A stretch of DNA of 63,948 bases, filler included, from Chrysochromulina tobinii (GCA_001275005.1; 5 parts of 5 records of this genome joined end to end with filler, not necessarily neighbours in it), one strand, 5' to 3'. Counted from the whole stretch's first letter, positions 45,053 through 56,869 are shown. Made by a program: numbers and translations. The notes: generated by a model from the letters alone, not told the origin.

Positions 45053-45247
45053 GGCTGCGACCAGGACGACGACGGCGGCATCAGCTACGAGGAGTTTGTC
45101 GATGCGCTCGCGGCGGACACTGTGTCGAACGCGGCGATGGGCAAGCGCGGCCTGCAGTCCAAGGAGGCGATGGGCGTAGGCGCGCAGGACTTCCTCGATC
45201 CCACGAAGGTGAAGAAGTTCAACATCAGCATCAACTCTACCAACTGA
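45053..45247 (+). CDS. 3' fragment of an EF-hand protein (missed by the ORF track)
   Basis: Reads GCDQDDDGGISYEEFVDALAADTVSNAAMGKRGLQSKEAMGVGAQDFLDPTKVKKFNISINSTN*, with a canonical EF loop DQDDDGGISYEE. Confidence 0.8.
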   Translation, partial: GCDQDDDGGISYEEFVDALAADTVSNAAMGKRGLQSKEAMGVGAQDFLDPTKVKKFNISINSTN

Positions 45248-46358
45248 GTGGGCGTCTGCTTTAGCCGTGATTCAAGCGAGGGGCAATGGACGTGGCGCGT
45301 CGGTGACCCCTGAATGGGCGGTGCTGCACCTAGGAAGAACACGATTCTACTGCGGGATGTGCTGTTGGTGGCCCCCCCCTGCACTTGGAGACAGGGGTGC
45401 TCGAAGCATGTTTGCCGTGCGCGCAGAGGATCGGCTGCGGCCACAGAGAGTCGGGGTTGCGGTGTCGCGGGGGAGGTGTGGTGATACCTCGTGTATCTTG
45501 TATGTGTGCGCAGCACCAGCAGCGTCTTTGCTGGCAGTTGCTGACGTGGAATCACTACACATAGAACATTTGTGTACGGGCGGCGCTGGGGTCATGGTCA
45601 TGTCCTGTGTCTAACGCACTCATTATGTGTCTGTATACGATGCAGCGACGGGGTCGAAAGAGCTCTGTACGCGGCGGCTGATAGTGCTCGCGGGGTCGCG
45701 ACCCCGGCGCGGCGCGCCCCGGCCGCGCTGCGCCCGCGCCCCGCCCCCGGGCCCGCCGGGCCCCGGGCAAGGGTTAGCCTGGTAGCGCAAGGCGCCAGAG
45801 CGGGATAGGCCCTCCGCGCGCTCGAGCGGCATCCACTTTCCTTGACTTCCAGGCGGCCGCTCGAGAGCATGCGGTAACGAGTCCCTTTCGTATTTCACGT
45901 ACTGCGATACCGATCCCGACCGAAGGCGACTCGCCATGTCCCGACCGGACCTCGCATCAGGCGCGGGATCGGAGGTCCGCGCCCTACCGCCTTTCCCGCC
46001 TACGATGCGTCGTGGATCTTGACACCGTCTGACACCGTCTGGTCGCCGGGGAGTGGTCCTCGCTTAATCCTCGTTTTGAATTTTGGGGCATTGGGGGGTG
46101 ATCCGGTGGCCGCGACCCACCCGTGACCCGACCTGGTCGGCCGTGGTTTTAGGTTTATTCATTATTGCGCGCGCGGCTCCGGCCGAGTGCCGTCTGCGTC
46201 GGGACGATCGATCTCGTACACAGTGACGAAACACAGGCTCAGAACAGGCTATAACGACGGCCAAGGTTACCATCGCATTGGTCGCATCTGATCTTCCTTT
46301 AATACGCGTCTCGCTCTCGATTACTTTCGTCTCCCCGTCGCGCGGGGGCGCGCGGGTG

Positions 46359-48189
46359 TCACAGCAAGGGCGGCACGTCATCCTCATCATCGTAATCAGG
46401 GCCGAGCTGCTCCACCATGTCCGCTTTGGCGCCTGCCTTGGGTTTGGGCTTCTCCCCAGGCTTTGCCACGATGCTGCGGATGCTGTCGCCGCTCGAGAGC
46501 GGCTTAAGGTTGGCACCAGGCTCGGCGGGCTCGGCGGGCGGCGGCTGCAGCATCGGCGTTGGCATTTGCGCCGCCTTGAGTGCCTCGCGCTCCTTCTTTT
46601 TTTTCTCGATGGGCGCCTTGGACACGACCACCGGGCACATCTTCGGGCACGTGAGCAGCAGATGACCCGTCGTCGACGAGCGTTTGGCAATCGAGGCGTC
46701 TGCGAGCACCTCGGAGGGCAACAGTAGCTGCAGCACATTCTTCTTCTTCTCCGCTCCTTCGTCCTTCGCACGAGCGGTGGTTACACGCACGTACGTGGGC
46801 TGCACGTCGACATCCACCTGCGAAGGCACGCACATAGCCACGCAAGCACGCACGCTCGTCGGTTGCTGGGCAGCCCAGGAAGGACAAGGCTGGGGCGCGC
46901 GTCAGGAAGCGCGCGTCTGGGGGCGCGCGTCTGGGGGCGCGCGTCTGGGGGCGCGCGTCTGGGAGGGGCTCAGAACCCCTGCGCAGGGAAGTTCGTCCGC
47001 ATTGCGTTGCCGCGCTGGGACATGGACACGAGTTCTTCGATCACTGCCCCGCACCCAGTGGTGCGTCCCTCGAGCGCGCGCGCAGAGCCGTGTGGCGGCG
47101 TGTGGCGCGCGTGCGGCCGAGGCGAGGGCCTCCTGCGTGGCTGTCTCGTGGCAGGCGCGCGTCAAGGACCTCACGTGCGCGTGCATGTGTGCGTGTGCGT
47201 GCATGTGTGCGTGCGGTCGCAGCGGAGGTGGACCGCACCATCGCTGAGTCCATGAACTTGGGCAGCGCGACATCCACATACACGGCCTGGCCGTCCTCCT
47301 CGATCGAGAAAGGCCACTTGGCCGTGTTCATCTGGTTGGGCGTGCCGTCCTCTTTGAAGAATCGTCGCTCCCGGGCGGGCTGGTCCGGGAAGAGGTAGCA
47401 CTCGCGCTGCGCCTTGCGCCGGTACGCGTTCTTGTCCTCCTCGATCTTGCGCAGCTCGCGCGCGTCTCGGATGCGCACCTCAGGGCACCACTCGTCCACC
47501 GTCTGGTTGTCAACCACGAGCTCCCCGGACGCGATCTGACGCGCGCGTTCTCGCTGGCGCGCGCGCTGCTCGGCCTTCCTCTCGGCGGCTATGGGCGCGA
47601 GCAGCTTGAGCTCGCGCTCGAGCTCGGGCAGCCGCTGCATCGCCTTGATACGCTCCGTGCGCGTCACCTCAGTGCCGTCGAGCTTCTCGATCTGCGGCAG
47701 CGTCGCGATCACGTAGTCGCGGTAGCCGCTTTCCCAATGGCTCATGCATGGGTTGCCCGTGAGGTAGAGGTCACGCAGGCCGAGGTTCTCCTTGAGCGAG
47801 GCGACCGAGTGCAGCTCGTCCAGGTCGATGAAGTTGCACGTCAGGTCGAGCTTGTACAGGCCTTCGCACCGCTCGAGGCCCTCAATGCGCTCGATGTTGT
47901 TGAGTGCGAGGTTGAGGTAGTCAAGGTGCTTGAGCTTGTAGAGGCCCTCGATCTTGGAGATGAGGTTGGACTGCAGGTAAATGATCTTGAGGCAGCGGCA
48001 GTTGTTGAGCGTCTCGATCTTCTCGATGTCGAGTTGGTGCAGAGCGATCTCCTCGAGCGTGGAGAGCATGCCGTCGTTGTGCTCTGCCTTTCGCCGGACC
48101 AGCTCCTCGGTCAGGCGCACGCCGCTGCGGCGGCCCTGGACAAAGTCGTCCACGCCGTCCTCGACGCCGTCTTTGTTCAAGGACGGCAT
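46359..48189 (-). CDS. LRRC6: Dynein axonemal assembly factor LRRC6/DNAAF11 (TilB homologue); intron 46818-47238
   Basis: RLTEELVRRKAEHNDGMLSTLEEIALHQ, SDS22-type LRRs and LRRcap YRDYVIATLPQIEKLDG. Splicing gives the CS-like PKFMDSAM|VDVDVQPTYVRVT. Confidence 0.9.
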
Positions 48190-48403
48190 CGCGAGGGGGT
48201 TGGACGTAAGCGACACCACGCGAGGCAGAGCCGTTTGTAGCAGACAGACTCTCGCTCCGTCTTCGAGACGAAATTGTGTGTGAACAGCCCAGGTCCAGCC
48301 TCAAATTTGCAGAAAACTCGCTGTTTAAAGCTGGCTTGGGTGGTCAGTAATGCGGCGGGGGGCCCGCGCCGCGGCTTCCCACCGGACGGACATGGACACT
48401 CCC

Positions 48404-49612
48404 TCACGTGGGATGGCGCTCCTCGTCAAAAGCGAGCAAGGAGGTGAGCGAGGTGGCCGAGAGCAACGCGGAGGCACCGTTCGAGTCCTTGTGCTCCTCG
48501 GAGGCTCGGAGCTCGTGCGATGTGTGCACCTTCCTCGCCACCGGCGTGCGAAGGTCGTGGTCGTCCACCTCGCGCGGCTGATAGTCAATGTGCACGAAGC
48601 ATCTTTCGACCTGCGGGAGCGCCTCGATCTTGTGCTGGAGCAGGATGCCACAGTCGTGACTCTCGCGCAGCTCCGTGTGCTCATCCATAATCATCTCGAG
48701 CTCCACAAGGAATCTTGGCCCAAAATGGTAAGCGCGCACGACGTCTAGCGTCGTCGACGGATCGTGCGTCTCGGCGATATCTCGCACCATCTCGAGGAAT
48801 CGTGGATCCGCAGCACGCCCGATGATCAGCTCCACCTGCTCGCGCCCTTGCGTCGCCCAGCGCACCACGATGAAGGCCGCGAGCAGCAGCGCCGCCGCTG
48901 CGTCAACCCACCACAGGGAGGATGAGAGTTGCGTCACGATGAGAGCCACCAGCGCGCCCGCTGAGAGCGTGACGTCGTTCTGGTTGTCGGCGAGGACGGC
49001 GCGCATCGTCTCGGTGCTCGTGCCGCGCCGCCCACGCACCACGAGCTCGCACCAGATGCAGAAGAAGAATTTGGTCACTGAGAGCAGCGCGAGCGTACAC
49101 ACTGCCTCAAAGTGGCGCCGCCAGATATGCTGCAGCCCGTGCTTGTCGCGCCCGTGTTGTGGATCGCCCGCGTACAAGTCTCCCAAGGCCTCGATGGCGA
49201 CTGCTATCATTCCGGCGCACTTAAGTGCCGCACACACGACGATGCTCACAGGCTCGAGCTGCCCTCGTCCCGCCGGATACATGCTCGCCACCTCAGCATT
49301 CACCTCAAGCCGTGCGATCTTGTTCGCCCAGAAGAGCGCAACTTGCACGAGAACATCGACAGCTGAGTCGATGAGCGATGCAACGATGACGGGCGAGAGG
49401 ATCATGACGCACGCGGCGACCTTACCGATGAGAAGTAGCAGGTTCATCTTAATTGAGGCGGTGATCACAAGATCGTCGTTTTGCGGCTGCTCGTGGTGTA
49501 CCTTGATGCCGCTGCCGCTGCTGCTGGTGACTTCGCTCCATTGTGTGGGCTCAATTACCTGAACGGAGACCAAGTCGATCTCTTTCCCGGCGACGCGAGT
49601 GCGCCGACCCAT
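48404..49612 (-). CDS. Cation diffusion facilitator, Mn-CDF (plant MTP8-11-like)
   Basis: TM2 motif ASLIDSAVD, YPAGRGQLEPV, TM5 motif DNQND, and C-terminal dimerisation domain VRAYHFG...SHDCG...VERCFVHIDY. Confidence 0.9.
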   Translation of the reverse strand: MGRRTRVAGKEIDLVSVQVIEPTQWSEVTSSSGSGIKVHHEQPQNDDLVITASIKMNLLLLIGKVAACVMILSPVIVASLIDSAVDVLVQVALFWANKIARLEVNAEVASMYPAGRGQLEPVSIVVCAALKCAGMIAVAIEALGDLYAGDPQHGRDKHGLQHIWRRHFEAVCTLALLSVTKFFFCIWCELVVRGRRGTSTETMRAVLADNQNDVTLSAGALVALIVTQLSSSLWWVDAAAALLLAAFIVVRWATQGREQVELIIGRAADPRFLEMVRDIAETHDPSTTLDVVRAYHFGPRFLVELEMIMDEHTELRESHDCGILLQHKIEALPQVERCFVHIDYQPREVDDHDLRTPVARKVHTSHELRASEEHKDSNGASALLSATSLTSLLAFDEERHPT

Positions 49613-49816
49613 ATTAAGTTTCAGCCTCAGTCGAAATGTGAAAAAGGTGTGAAACCCGCTCTTCCGAGGCTTACCGACAGGCAACACTCCAGTAAAAGTT
49701 GTTATCACATGTGGATCGTTGTAGGCTATGTTGTTTGTGAATCGACAATACAAATACATTGAAGGTGAGGAGCACCGAGGGGGGGGGCAGACGAACACCG
49801 TGATCCCGGAAAGCGG

Positions 49817-51091
49817 CTAGAGTCTGTGGGAACGTAGGCCCGCGGGATGACGAATCTGTGTGTCGTAGGCCCCTTGGGTAAGGACTCGGCGCTCGCTCAT
49901 GCGCTCGGACGCTTGGCCGCTCTGCTCGCGGCTCAGCTCGTCCTTGCTGGAGACGGTATTCTTGTCCGTCAGGCCAAGCGTCTCCTCCTCGGAGTGGGGC
50001 GTGCAGCAGCGGGACTTGGGACAACAGGCTCCCGTCAGCCGGTCCGTGCACTGGCGGCACGGCGCGCAGAAGCAGTAGCAGCCGCCCCAGCACAGGGCAA
50101 CGAGCAGCATGAGCAGCAGGAGGAGCGGCAGCCACCACTGCAGGAGGAAGAAGCCGACAGCCTTGGCGTCCATCGCGCCGGTCGCGCGAGCGAGCAGCTC
50201 CGGCTCGGCCTCAAGATCGGCCCGTAACGAGGCTGCCAGGCTAGGCGAGCCAGAGTCCGCAAACGGCCAGAACCAAAAGGCCGAGTACGTCCAGAGGGGC
50301 GAGACGCAGCTGCGCTCGGCGGAGCGAAACTTGAGGAAGGCTGTCTTGTTCCCAAAGGCAGCGCGAGGCGTCTGCATCGTGTAAAACGCAACCCAGGCTG
50401 AGACCCACCCGTGTTCGATCATGAAGTGGAACGGACGGCCCTCATCTGTGGATGAGACCAGGTGCGTGGGTGCCTCCTGCTCGGAGAGCTCGTTGCGCGT
50501 GAGCACCCAGCCGACGTGCTGTGCTAGGTAGCCTTCGGCGACCTTGAGCGCTCCCATGGTGATGTTGTCCTGGCGTGCGACATAGGCATCGAGGCCCTCG
50601 GCGAGCGCCTCCGCATAGTGGTCGCGCCATCGCGCCATGAATCTAGAATCAACGGGTGCGGCGATGGCCCAGTTTTCCATCTCGCTCAGCACGCCCTCGC
50701 TCATCGCGCCCTCGCTCGTGTAGCGCGTCTCCATCGGGCGCTGGAAGCCCTGAACGGCAGAGCTGCTCACGTTGACCCAAGTCTCGAGCGGCAGTAGGTT
50801 GACATTAGACGCGTCCATGTACACGCCGCCGTAGCGAGCAAGCGCCTCCACGCGGTACCAGTCGGCATTGTGCTGCAATTGGGACGGGTCGGCGATGCCC
50901 GCTGGGGAGTCGGGCGGCGGATCGAGGCCGAGCGCTGCGACATTATCGGGGCTCATGATGGTTAGGTTCCAGGTTGGGTTGGTGCGCCGCAGTGTTGCGA
51001 GGCACGCCGCCGCCATCTCCGGTATGGTGTCCCCTTCCCAGTAGGCCCACAGCCGACGTGGGACGTACGGTCGAGAAGAGGTCACAACCAT
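49817..51091 (-). CDS. GT32-like / capsular-polysaccharide-synthesis glycosyltransferase with a C-terminal TM anchor
   Basis: VPRRLWAYW, ADWYRVEALARYGGVYMDAS and ENWAIAAP motifs. Hydrophobic helix followed by a Cys-rich tail. Confidence 0.82.
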   Translation of the reverse strand: MVVTSSRPYVPRRLWAYWEGDTIPEMAAACLATLRRTNPTWNLTIMSPDNVAALGLDPPPDSPAGIADPSQLQHNADWYRVEALARYGGVYMDASNVNLLPLETWVNVSSSAVQGFQRPMETRYTSEGAMSEGVLSEMENWAIAAPVDSRFMARWRDHYAEALAEGLDAYVARQDNITMGALKVAEGYLAQHVGWVLTRNELSEQEAPTHLVSSTDEGRPFHFMIEHGWVSAWVAFYTMQTPRAAFGNKTAFLKFRSAERSCVSPLWTYSAFWFWPFADSGSPSLAASLRADLEAEPELLARATGAMDAKAVGFFLLQWWLPLLLLLMLLVALCWGGCYCFCAPCRQCTDRLTGACCPKSRCCTPHSEEETLGLTDKNTVSSKDELSREQSGQASERMSERRVLTQGAYDTQIRHPAGLRSHRL

Positions 51092-51265
51092 ACTTTCTCG
51101 ACCTCTCGCCCCAAATTAGGGAAAATTGCCTTCTTGAACTGTTATCACACAAATAAATCCGTATCAATGCACGAATTCTTCCCAGTGTCGCGGTTTGATT
51201 TGCTTGATTAGTTCTCATCTTCTTTTAGATTTTTCAGGTCTTCCTAATAAGGGCATCGAATTCTC

Positions 51266-54200
51266 ATGGTGCTCAGCGTTTTCCCGGACTATGCCAGTCC
51301 CATCAGCACTGGTCCCGCAATCTTAGAAAGAGCACTCGGCATGCCCTGCAGTGTGACGCTTTTTGGCAACGTCACCTTCAACACTTGGCGACAGGTCGAA
51401 ATTGCGAGGTACGAGCCGCCCGCCGACTGCCCTCCGCCCTGGACGAGCGTCCAGCTCGAGTTTATTGGCGAGGTCGCAGGCGTCCAGTATGACCGCGTGG
51501 GCGCCCTCTGGCTTGGTGGCGTCGAGCTTCTGCGCACGACGACGCCCGAGCCAACAGGGTACGATGAGAGTGGGCGCGCGCGCCGCGCCGTGCGCTGGCA
51601 CATAGCACGCTCGCTCCATCACTACCAGGCGCTCTTCCTCCATGCTGCCACCGTGGAGATGAGCATTCCGAACGTCGTCAATGCCAACTACACGGGCAAT
51701 ATCTCGGTGAGCTCGTCGCTCAAGTTCATCTCGGCGCCGCCGCCGCCCGACCCGTCCGCACCCGTGCCCTCGCCGCTGCCGCTGCTGCGGGACGGCAGTT
51801 TCAGCAGCGCCAAAGCCGACGAGGAGGCCATGCCCGCCCCCATCGCCCCGCCAGCTGCGTCGGTGAGCGTCGACGTGTCGATTGCCGCTTTCGCGGACCT
51901 GCCACCCGCCGACGCGATCGTGCCGCTCGTGCTGAGCACCGTGGTCGCGAGCGACGCGGCCATCACGCCGTGGGAGCGGCTCGCGATCGCGACAACGAGC
52001 GCCCCCAATATGAGCACGAGGGTGACGATCTCGGAGCGCACCGCCGTGCGCGCCGTGCTCGATGTGTACGTCTCGCCCCACGGATGCGAGGAGTTTTGGT
52101 ACTCGAATGTGCCGAACGCGCTAGGCGGTGAGGGCGTGTGCGCTGGGGGCGCCTACCGCGAGGTCGAGGTGCTCGTCGACGGGATCTTCGCGGGTGCGGC
52201 CTTTCCCTTCCCGGTCATCTACTCTGGAGGCATCAACCCGGTCCTCTGGCGTCCGATCGCGGGTTTGCACTCGCTCAACGTACCCCCTCTCACCTTCGAC
52301 TTGACGCCCTTTGTCGGCGTGATGGACGACGGCCTGCCGCACACGATCGACGTGCGCATCGCGCCCGCACAGGGCAGCCAGTCGAGCGGCACATGGTACG
52401 TCGACCCGGTGCTGAGGCTCTGGCACGCCGCGGATGGCCTCACGCGCACCGGGCGTGTCGTCAAGGCGGAGCGCGTGGCCGTGAGCACCACGGCGAACGT
52501 GGAGCGGCTGGCCGGCGACTCGGTGCGCGAGCTCACGAGCGAGGTTGACTGATGACCTCTGATGACCTCTGATGACCTCTGCGTGCCCTTGATTGCTTCC
52601 CTCATCAGGTGCGCGTGCTCACGAGCGGGAGCTCGAGCTACGAGATCGAGGGCGAGATTTGGATAAAGAGCGAGGGCGCCGATGCCGCGCCCGGGCCCGA
52701 TGAGGGCGAGGCTGCCAATCCTGCAGAAGAGGGGGGGGCTCGGCGTGACCATGAGGGCGAGGACACCCAGCCCGTGAACTCGACGTCCGAGCTGCCTGGC
52801 ATTGTTGGCACCTCTGTCGACACCTTTGAGGATGGCGTGAAATCAAGCGTCAAGCCCCCCGGCGAGGTGGTGGTGCTCGACAACGCGACCTCGGAGGACG
52901 CTCGTCTCGCGCTGCCTGGCAGCATCGCCGCGGGCTTCACCGGCGATCCCGGAAGTTCGACATTGCCCTGGGCGACTCGCATGGCAGCTCGCGCGGCATC
53001 TCGCACCGCTCACAAAGTGTCCAGTGCTCAGTTGGCGCCCGAGACAGCGCCCGAGCTCAAACGACAGGTGTCGAGCAACATGGTCGTGGGCATCATCTTG
53101 CAGGTGCGCCGCCACTCGATTCGCAGCGTGCTCGAGGCGACCAACAACAACTCGATCCTGAACGAGACGCTCGGGTTCAGCGACACGATCGGCGTGATGA
53201 CCTCCGTCACCAACACCACCATCACGCGCCTCCCGTTCGATGCCGATGGCAATGGCGGCGTGTGGCTCGAGTCGTTGCGCTCCGTCCCGGGCATCATCGA
53301 GGCCACCACGCGCAGCCTCTCCCGGTACCCATACCTCATCGGGATCCGCGAGCTCCTCGACGCGAGCCATGCATCGTGGTCCCTCGAGGGGCACGTGCAG
53401 ATGCGCAAGGAGCGTCAGGAGGAGTGGCGGTACGGCAACGACGACCCTCAGATGGCTCTCAACTGGAGCTTCGCCTCGAGCGCCCAGGGCCAGTACGCGC
53501 GCATGTATGGCGGGACGGACGCGCAGCAACGTAGGGTGGTGCTCATGCGCTCGACGGCGAATGCGAGCTTCCAGTCGCCTGGCGCGTGCTTCTCTCAGAA
53601 TCTGTCCTCGACCGACGGCGGCATCGAGCACGCGAGCTTTAGAGATGAGTGCGTCGTCTCCCCGATGCGTCGCGTGCTCTGTGGGGCGTTTGACGAATGC
53701 GCGGCCGAGCGCGACGGCATCAACGTCCCTGCACCGCCGCCTATGCCCGAGGTGGGAAACATCCTGAGCCTGTCTGATGGCCTCTGATGAGCTCCCTAAT
53801 TGCCTCCCTCATTGCATGCAGGTCGGAGACATCCTGAGCCTTTCTGATGGCCTTTGATTGCACCTGATGAGCTCCCTAATCGCCTCCCTCATTGCATGCA
53901 GGTCGGAGATATCCTGCGCCTCTCCTCACCGGGCGCAAAGGATGAGCTCGCCTCGCTGCTCGCGGACGCGCTGGGCGAACTCGCTGAGCTCAAGCAGCGG
54001 AATCGCGAGCTCGAGGACCAAGCCAAGGGGGCCAAGGACGCGCTGTGGGAAGCCGATGCCATGCTGCAGCTTGGCTTGGTGCCCCCTCCTCGCATCGGGC
54101 ACATGGTCGGGACGCGTCGTATCGGCCACATGGTCGGGGCGCTCGACGTCGCGCCCGCTGACGCCGCCGTGCCCACGGACGCTGCCGCGGCCACGCCGCA

Positions 54201-54414
54201 TGCACCCATAGCGCAAGACGCATCCCCTGTCGCGCTCGTGCCCGCGCTGGACACCGACTTACTCTACCGACTCCCCACGCGCCGTGTCAGACTCGGTGGA
54301 GACGGAGGTGGCGGAGGAGGCGGAGGAGGCGGAGAAAAAATCGCCAAGAAGACGCTTCGCTTTGTGTTGAAGAGATCTTCACACTCGAGCCAGGCGATCA
54401 TCCCAGATCGCTGA
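51266..54414 (+). CDS. Peptide-N4-(N-acetyl-beta-glucosaminyl)asparagine amidase A (PNGase A); introns ~52523-52608 and 53752-53901
   Basis: Motifs GVQYDRVGALWLGGVELLRTTTPEP, EEFWYSN, GAYREVEVLVDG and FPVIYSGGINPVLWRPI. Three ORFs join in frame through phase-0 introns. Confidence 0.88.
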
Positions 54415-54867
54415 TTCGTGACGGGCGACGTGACTGTGGAAGTGTGCTGGCATCCATTGGATGTGTGAGCTGGAAAGCATTGGAAGATAGTGTGCTGGCC
54501 TCACTGGTCATCGCCCGTCGCAGTCGTGCCCGATACGTGCTTGCATGACTCCAAAGAGACAAAGCGATGTACTCGACTAAGCATACATTTTGTGACGCGT
54601 CCGCGCAGGGACGGGACGGGTTGGAGTTGCGTTGCAGCGCAGGTGAGGTTTCGGAGCTCAAAGAGGTCGGTGCGACCATTTACTACACGTATCGTAGATG
54701 TTGTATCGATCTTGATAGAACTAGAACGGAAGGGAGAACGAAGCAGCAGGGACAGCGTGCTTCACTCTTGTGTCTTGATCGGTATCCGATGCTCATACGA
54801 AGGACGACCGCGACGACTTTCAACGGTTTGATGACGCCCTATTTTGTCTATGCCCCGGTCGCCGGTG

Positions 54868-56631
54868 CTAGTGCCGGCACGGCGCGTACGACGTATCAAA
54901 CGTGCGGTAGCGGTGGAGGACCGCGCGGAGTGCTGGTACCGGCTCATCGAGCGCGGCGTCGCTCCCTGCGGTCCGCTTGCCCTTTCTCCGCCGGTAGACG
55001 CGCGTGGCCGCCCGGTGCGGAAGACCGTCGCCGCCCACGCGCCGGTATTTCACAAAAAAGTCGAGCCCCTGCGCCGCGGCGCGCGCGATGCGCAGGCGCA
55101 CCTCGACGAGCGGTATGGCAAACGGCCGAAACGGCTCCGTGGGCGGGTGGCCCCACGCGGGCGGCGATATGTAGAATTCGGTGGCGAGGCCGAGGCGGCG
55201 CAGGGTGGCGAGCGTGGACGCGGGCAGCAGCGGCGCGAGATTCACCTGCACGTCGCGCAGCGCCTGTAGGTCCGTCTCGACGATCTCGATCGCGACCTCA
55301 GGCCCATACCCCGACAGTAGCACGTCGTGTGCGGGAGCGGCAGACGAAGCGTTCTTCGCAGCCGCGCGCGCGCCCAGGACGGCGCCTTGGCCCATGAGCC
55401 AATGATTGGATGCGCCGCCCTCGATGCGCAAGTTGGAGAACATCGCAAGCGCCGGGTGCGTGCGGATGCCAATGTACGGCGCGACGCCGACGGCGAGGAG
55501 CGTCACCGCCGGCAGCAGTGTCAGAAGTCGGCGGCGCGCGCCCATTCGATTGCCCATTCGATTAGGGAGCCGAGTGCTTCGAGCGCCGTACGGAGCGCGC
55601 TGGTCCGTCGGGGCCGTCACGGGCCCCTGAACGGTCGCCACGTGCTCGGACGCCGCGGGCGCGAGCAGTGCGGCAAGCGAGAGCCCGCTGAATGCGAGCA
55701 CCACCCACAAGCTGCCGAGCTCCCACGAGAAGTAGGGCGGGTACTCAAAGTGGTCCGATTGACTTGCTGCGTGGCACGCGGCCGCGACGAGCACCGCGAG
55801 CAAAGCCAGGGAGGCCGCTTTGACACGCCGCGGCGCGTGCTCCGCTGCCCGTGCGGCCGCGGCGCACTCGGCCGGCACCAGCCCTACAAAGATGGGTGCC
55901 ATCAGCATGGAGAAAGGGTAGACAGACACGGGCGGCGGCGGCAGCGCGATCACTATGTGAAAGACGGAGCCTAGGAGCACGCACACGCGGCGCACGGTGC
56001 GTACGCACCGGGCCAGGCGCTCTGACTCGTATGGGCCGTATAGCTCAGCCAGTTCCGCTCCAAGGATCACGAGTGGCATGCTCACCTCGAAGGCAAGCGC
56101 CATCAGAGGCATCAGACGCAGCAGCGCCGGCGACAGCGGCATCAGGTCGCCAAGGGCACACGCGGCCATGAGCACGGAGCACGAGTACTGCGGATCGAAC
56201 CAACCATCGTTGAATTTGGCAAAGGCAGCCACGCCGTACAGCACGATCATGACGGCTCGGAGAGACGCCGCCAGCCGCGCCGTCCATTCGCGCCGCTCGT
56301 CGTCAGCCGTAGTGGCTGAGGTGCGGCCAAACGGCATTGGTGCGGTGAGGATCACGCCCATGACCACCGCCGCCTCAAGAAGGACATGGTTTGACTGCGA
56401 GCCGTGCGTGCCGAGCACGACGAGCGCCGACAGCGCGAGGCCGACCACTGCTGCATTGGTCGCGGCGATGTGGCACACGCAGATCGCGGCGGCGAGAGGA
56501 CCTGTTATCAACAGATGCGGCCAAGCAGCTGGCCAGAAGAGGCGCGCATCCTTGATACACTGCAAGAACAGGTTCTGGGCAAGGAGCAGCGTGAAGACCG
56601 ACATCTCGTCGAGGGCGGCGTCATGTTTCAT
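54868..56631 (-). CDS. HTTM-like (horizontally transferred transmembrane domain) polytopic membrane protein
   Basis: Multiple TM helices, SNH motif, Y..AAFAKFN.GWFDP..SC and PYIG.R....AMFSNLRIEGGASNH, which resemble bacterial HTTM proteins. Confidence 0.65.
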   Translation of the reverse strand: MKHDAALDEMSVFTLLLAQNLFLQCIKDARLFWPAAWPHLLITGPLAAAICVCHIAATNAAVVGLALSALVVLGTHGSQSNHVLLEAAVVMGVILTAPMPFGRTSATTADDERREWTARLAASLRAVMIVLYGVAAFAKFNDGWFDPQYSCSVLMAACALGDLMPLSPALLRLMPLMALAFEVSMPLVILGAELAELYGPYESERLARCVRTVRRVCVLLGSVFHIVIALPPPPVSVYPFSMLMAPIFVGLVPAECAAAARAAEHAPRRVKAASLALLAVLVAAACHAASQSDHFEYPPYFSWELGSLWVVLAFSGLSLAALLAPAASEHVATVQGPVTAPTDQRAPYGARSTRLPNRMGNRMGARRRLLTLLPAVTLLAVGVAPYIGIRTHPALAMFSNLRIEGGASNHWLMGQGAVLGARAAAKNASSAAPAHDVLLSGYGPEVAIEIVETDLQALRDVQVNLAPLLPASTLATLRRLGLATEFYISPPAWGHPPTEPFRPFAIPLVEVRLRIARAAAQGLDFFVKYRRVGGDGLPHRAATRVYRRRKGKRTAGSDAALDEPVPALRAVLHRYRTFDTSYAPCRH

Positions 56632-56869
56632 GGTGCCGTCACCCTGCTCACCTCTCACACCTGAAGGGCGCCTGTGAATGGCAAAAGGTCCGCAACGAGT
56701 TTGAAAACCACTTCGGCGCCGCGCTTGACCCCGCGTGCACTTCATTTTTTTGACCCCGCATGCAATCTATTTTGACATTTAACACAAGTCCGTTTTACCG
56801 GCGCGCCGGTTCCGATCGCCACCATCCCGCCGGTTGCAGGTGAAGCGCTCCTACGTCGCACCAGCGTGA

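Noticed and set aside
48404..56631. Adjacent glycosyltransferase, PNGase A, Mn transporter and HTTM genes as a functional glycan cluster
   Set aside because: The orientations are mixed and there is no evidence of co-regulation, so this is plausibly a chance neighbourhood in a compact genome.
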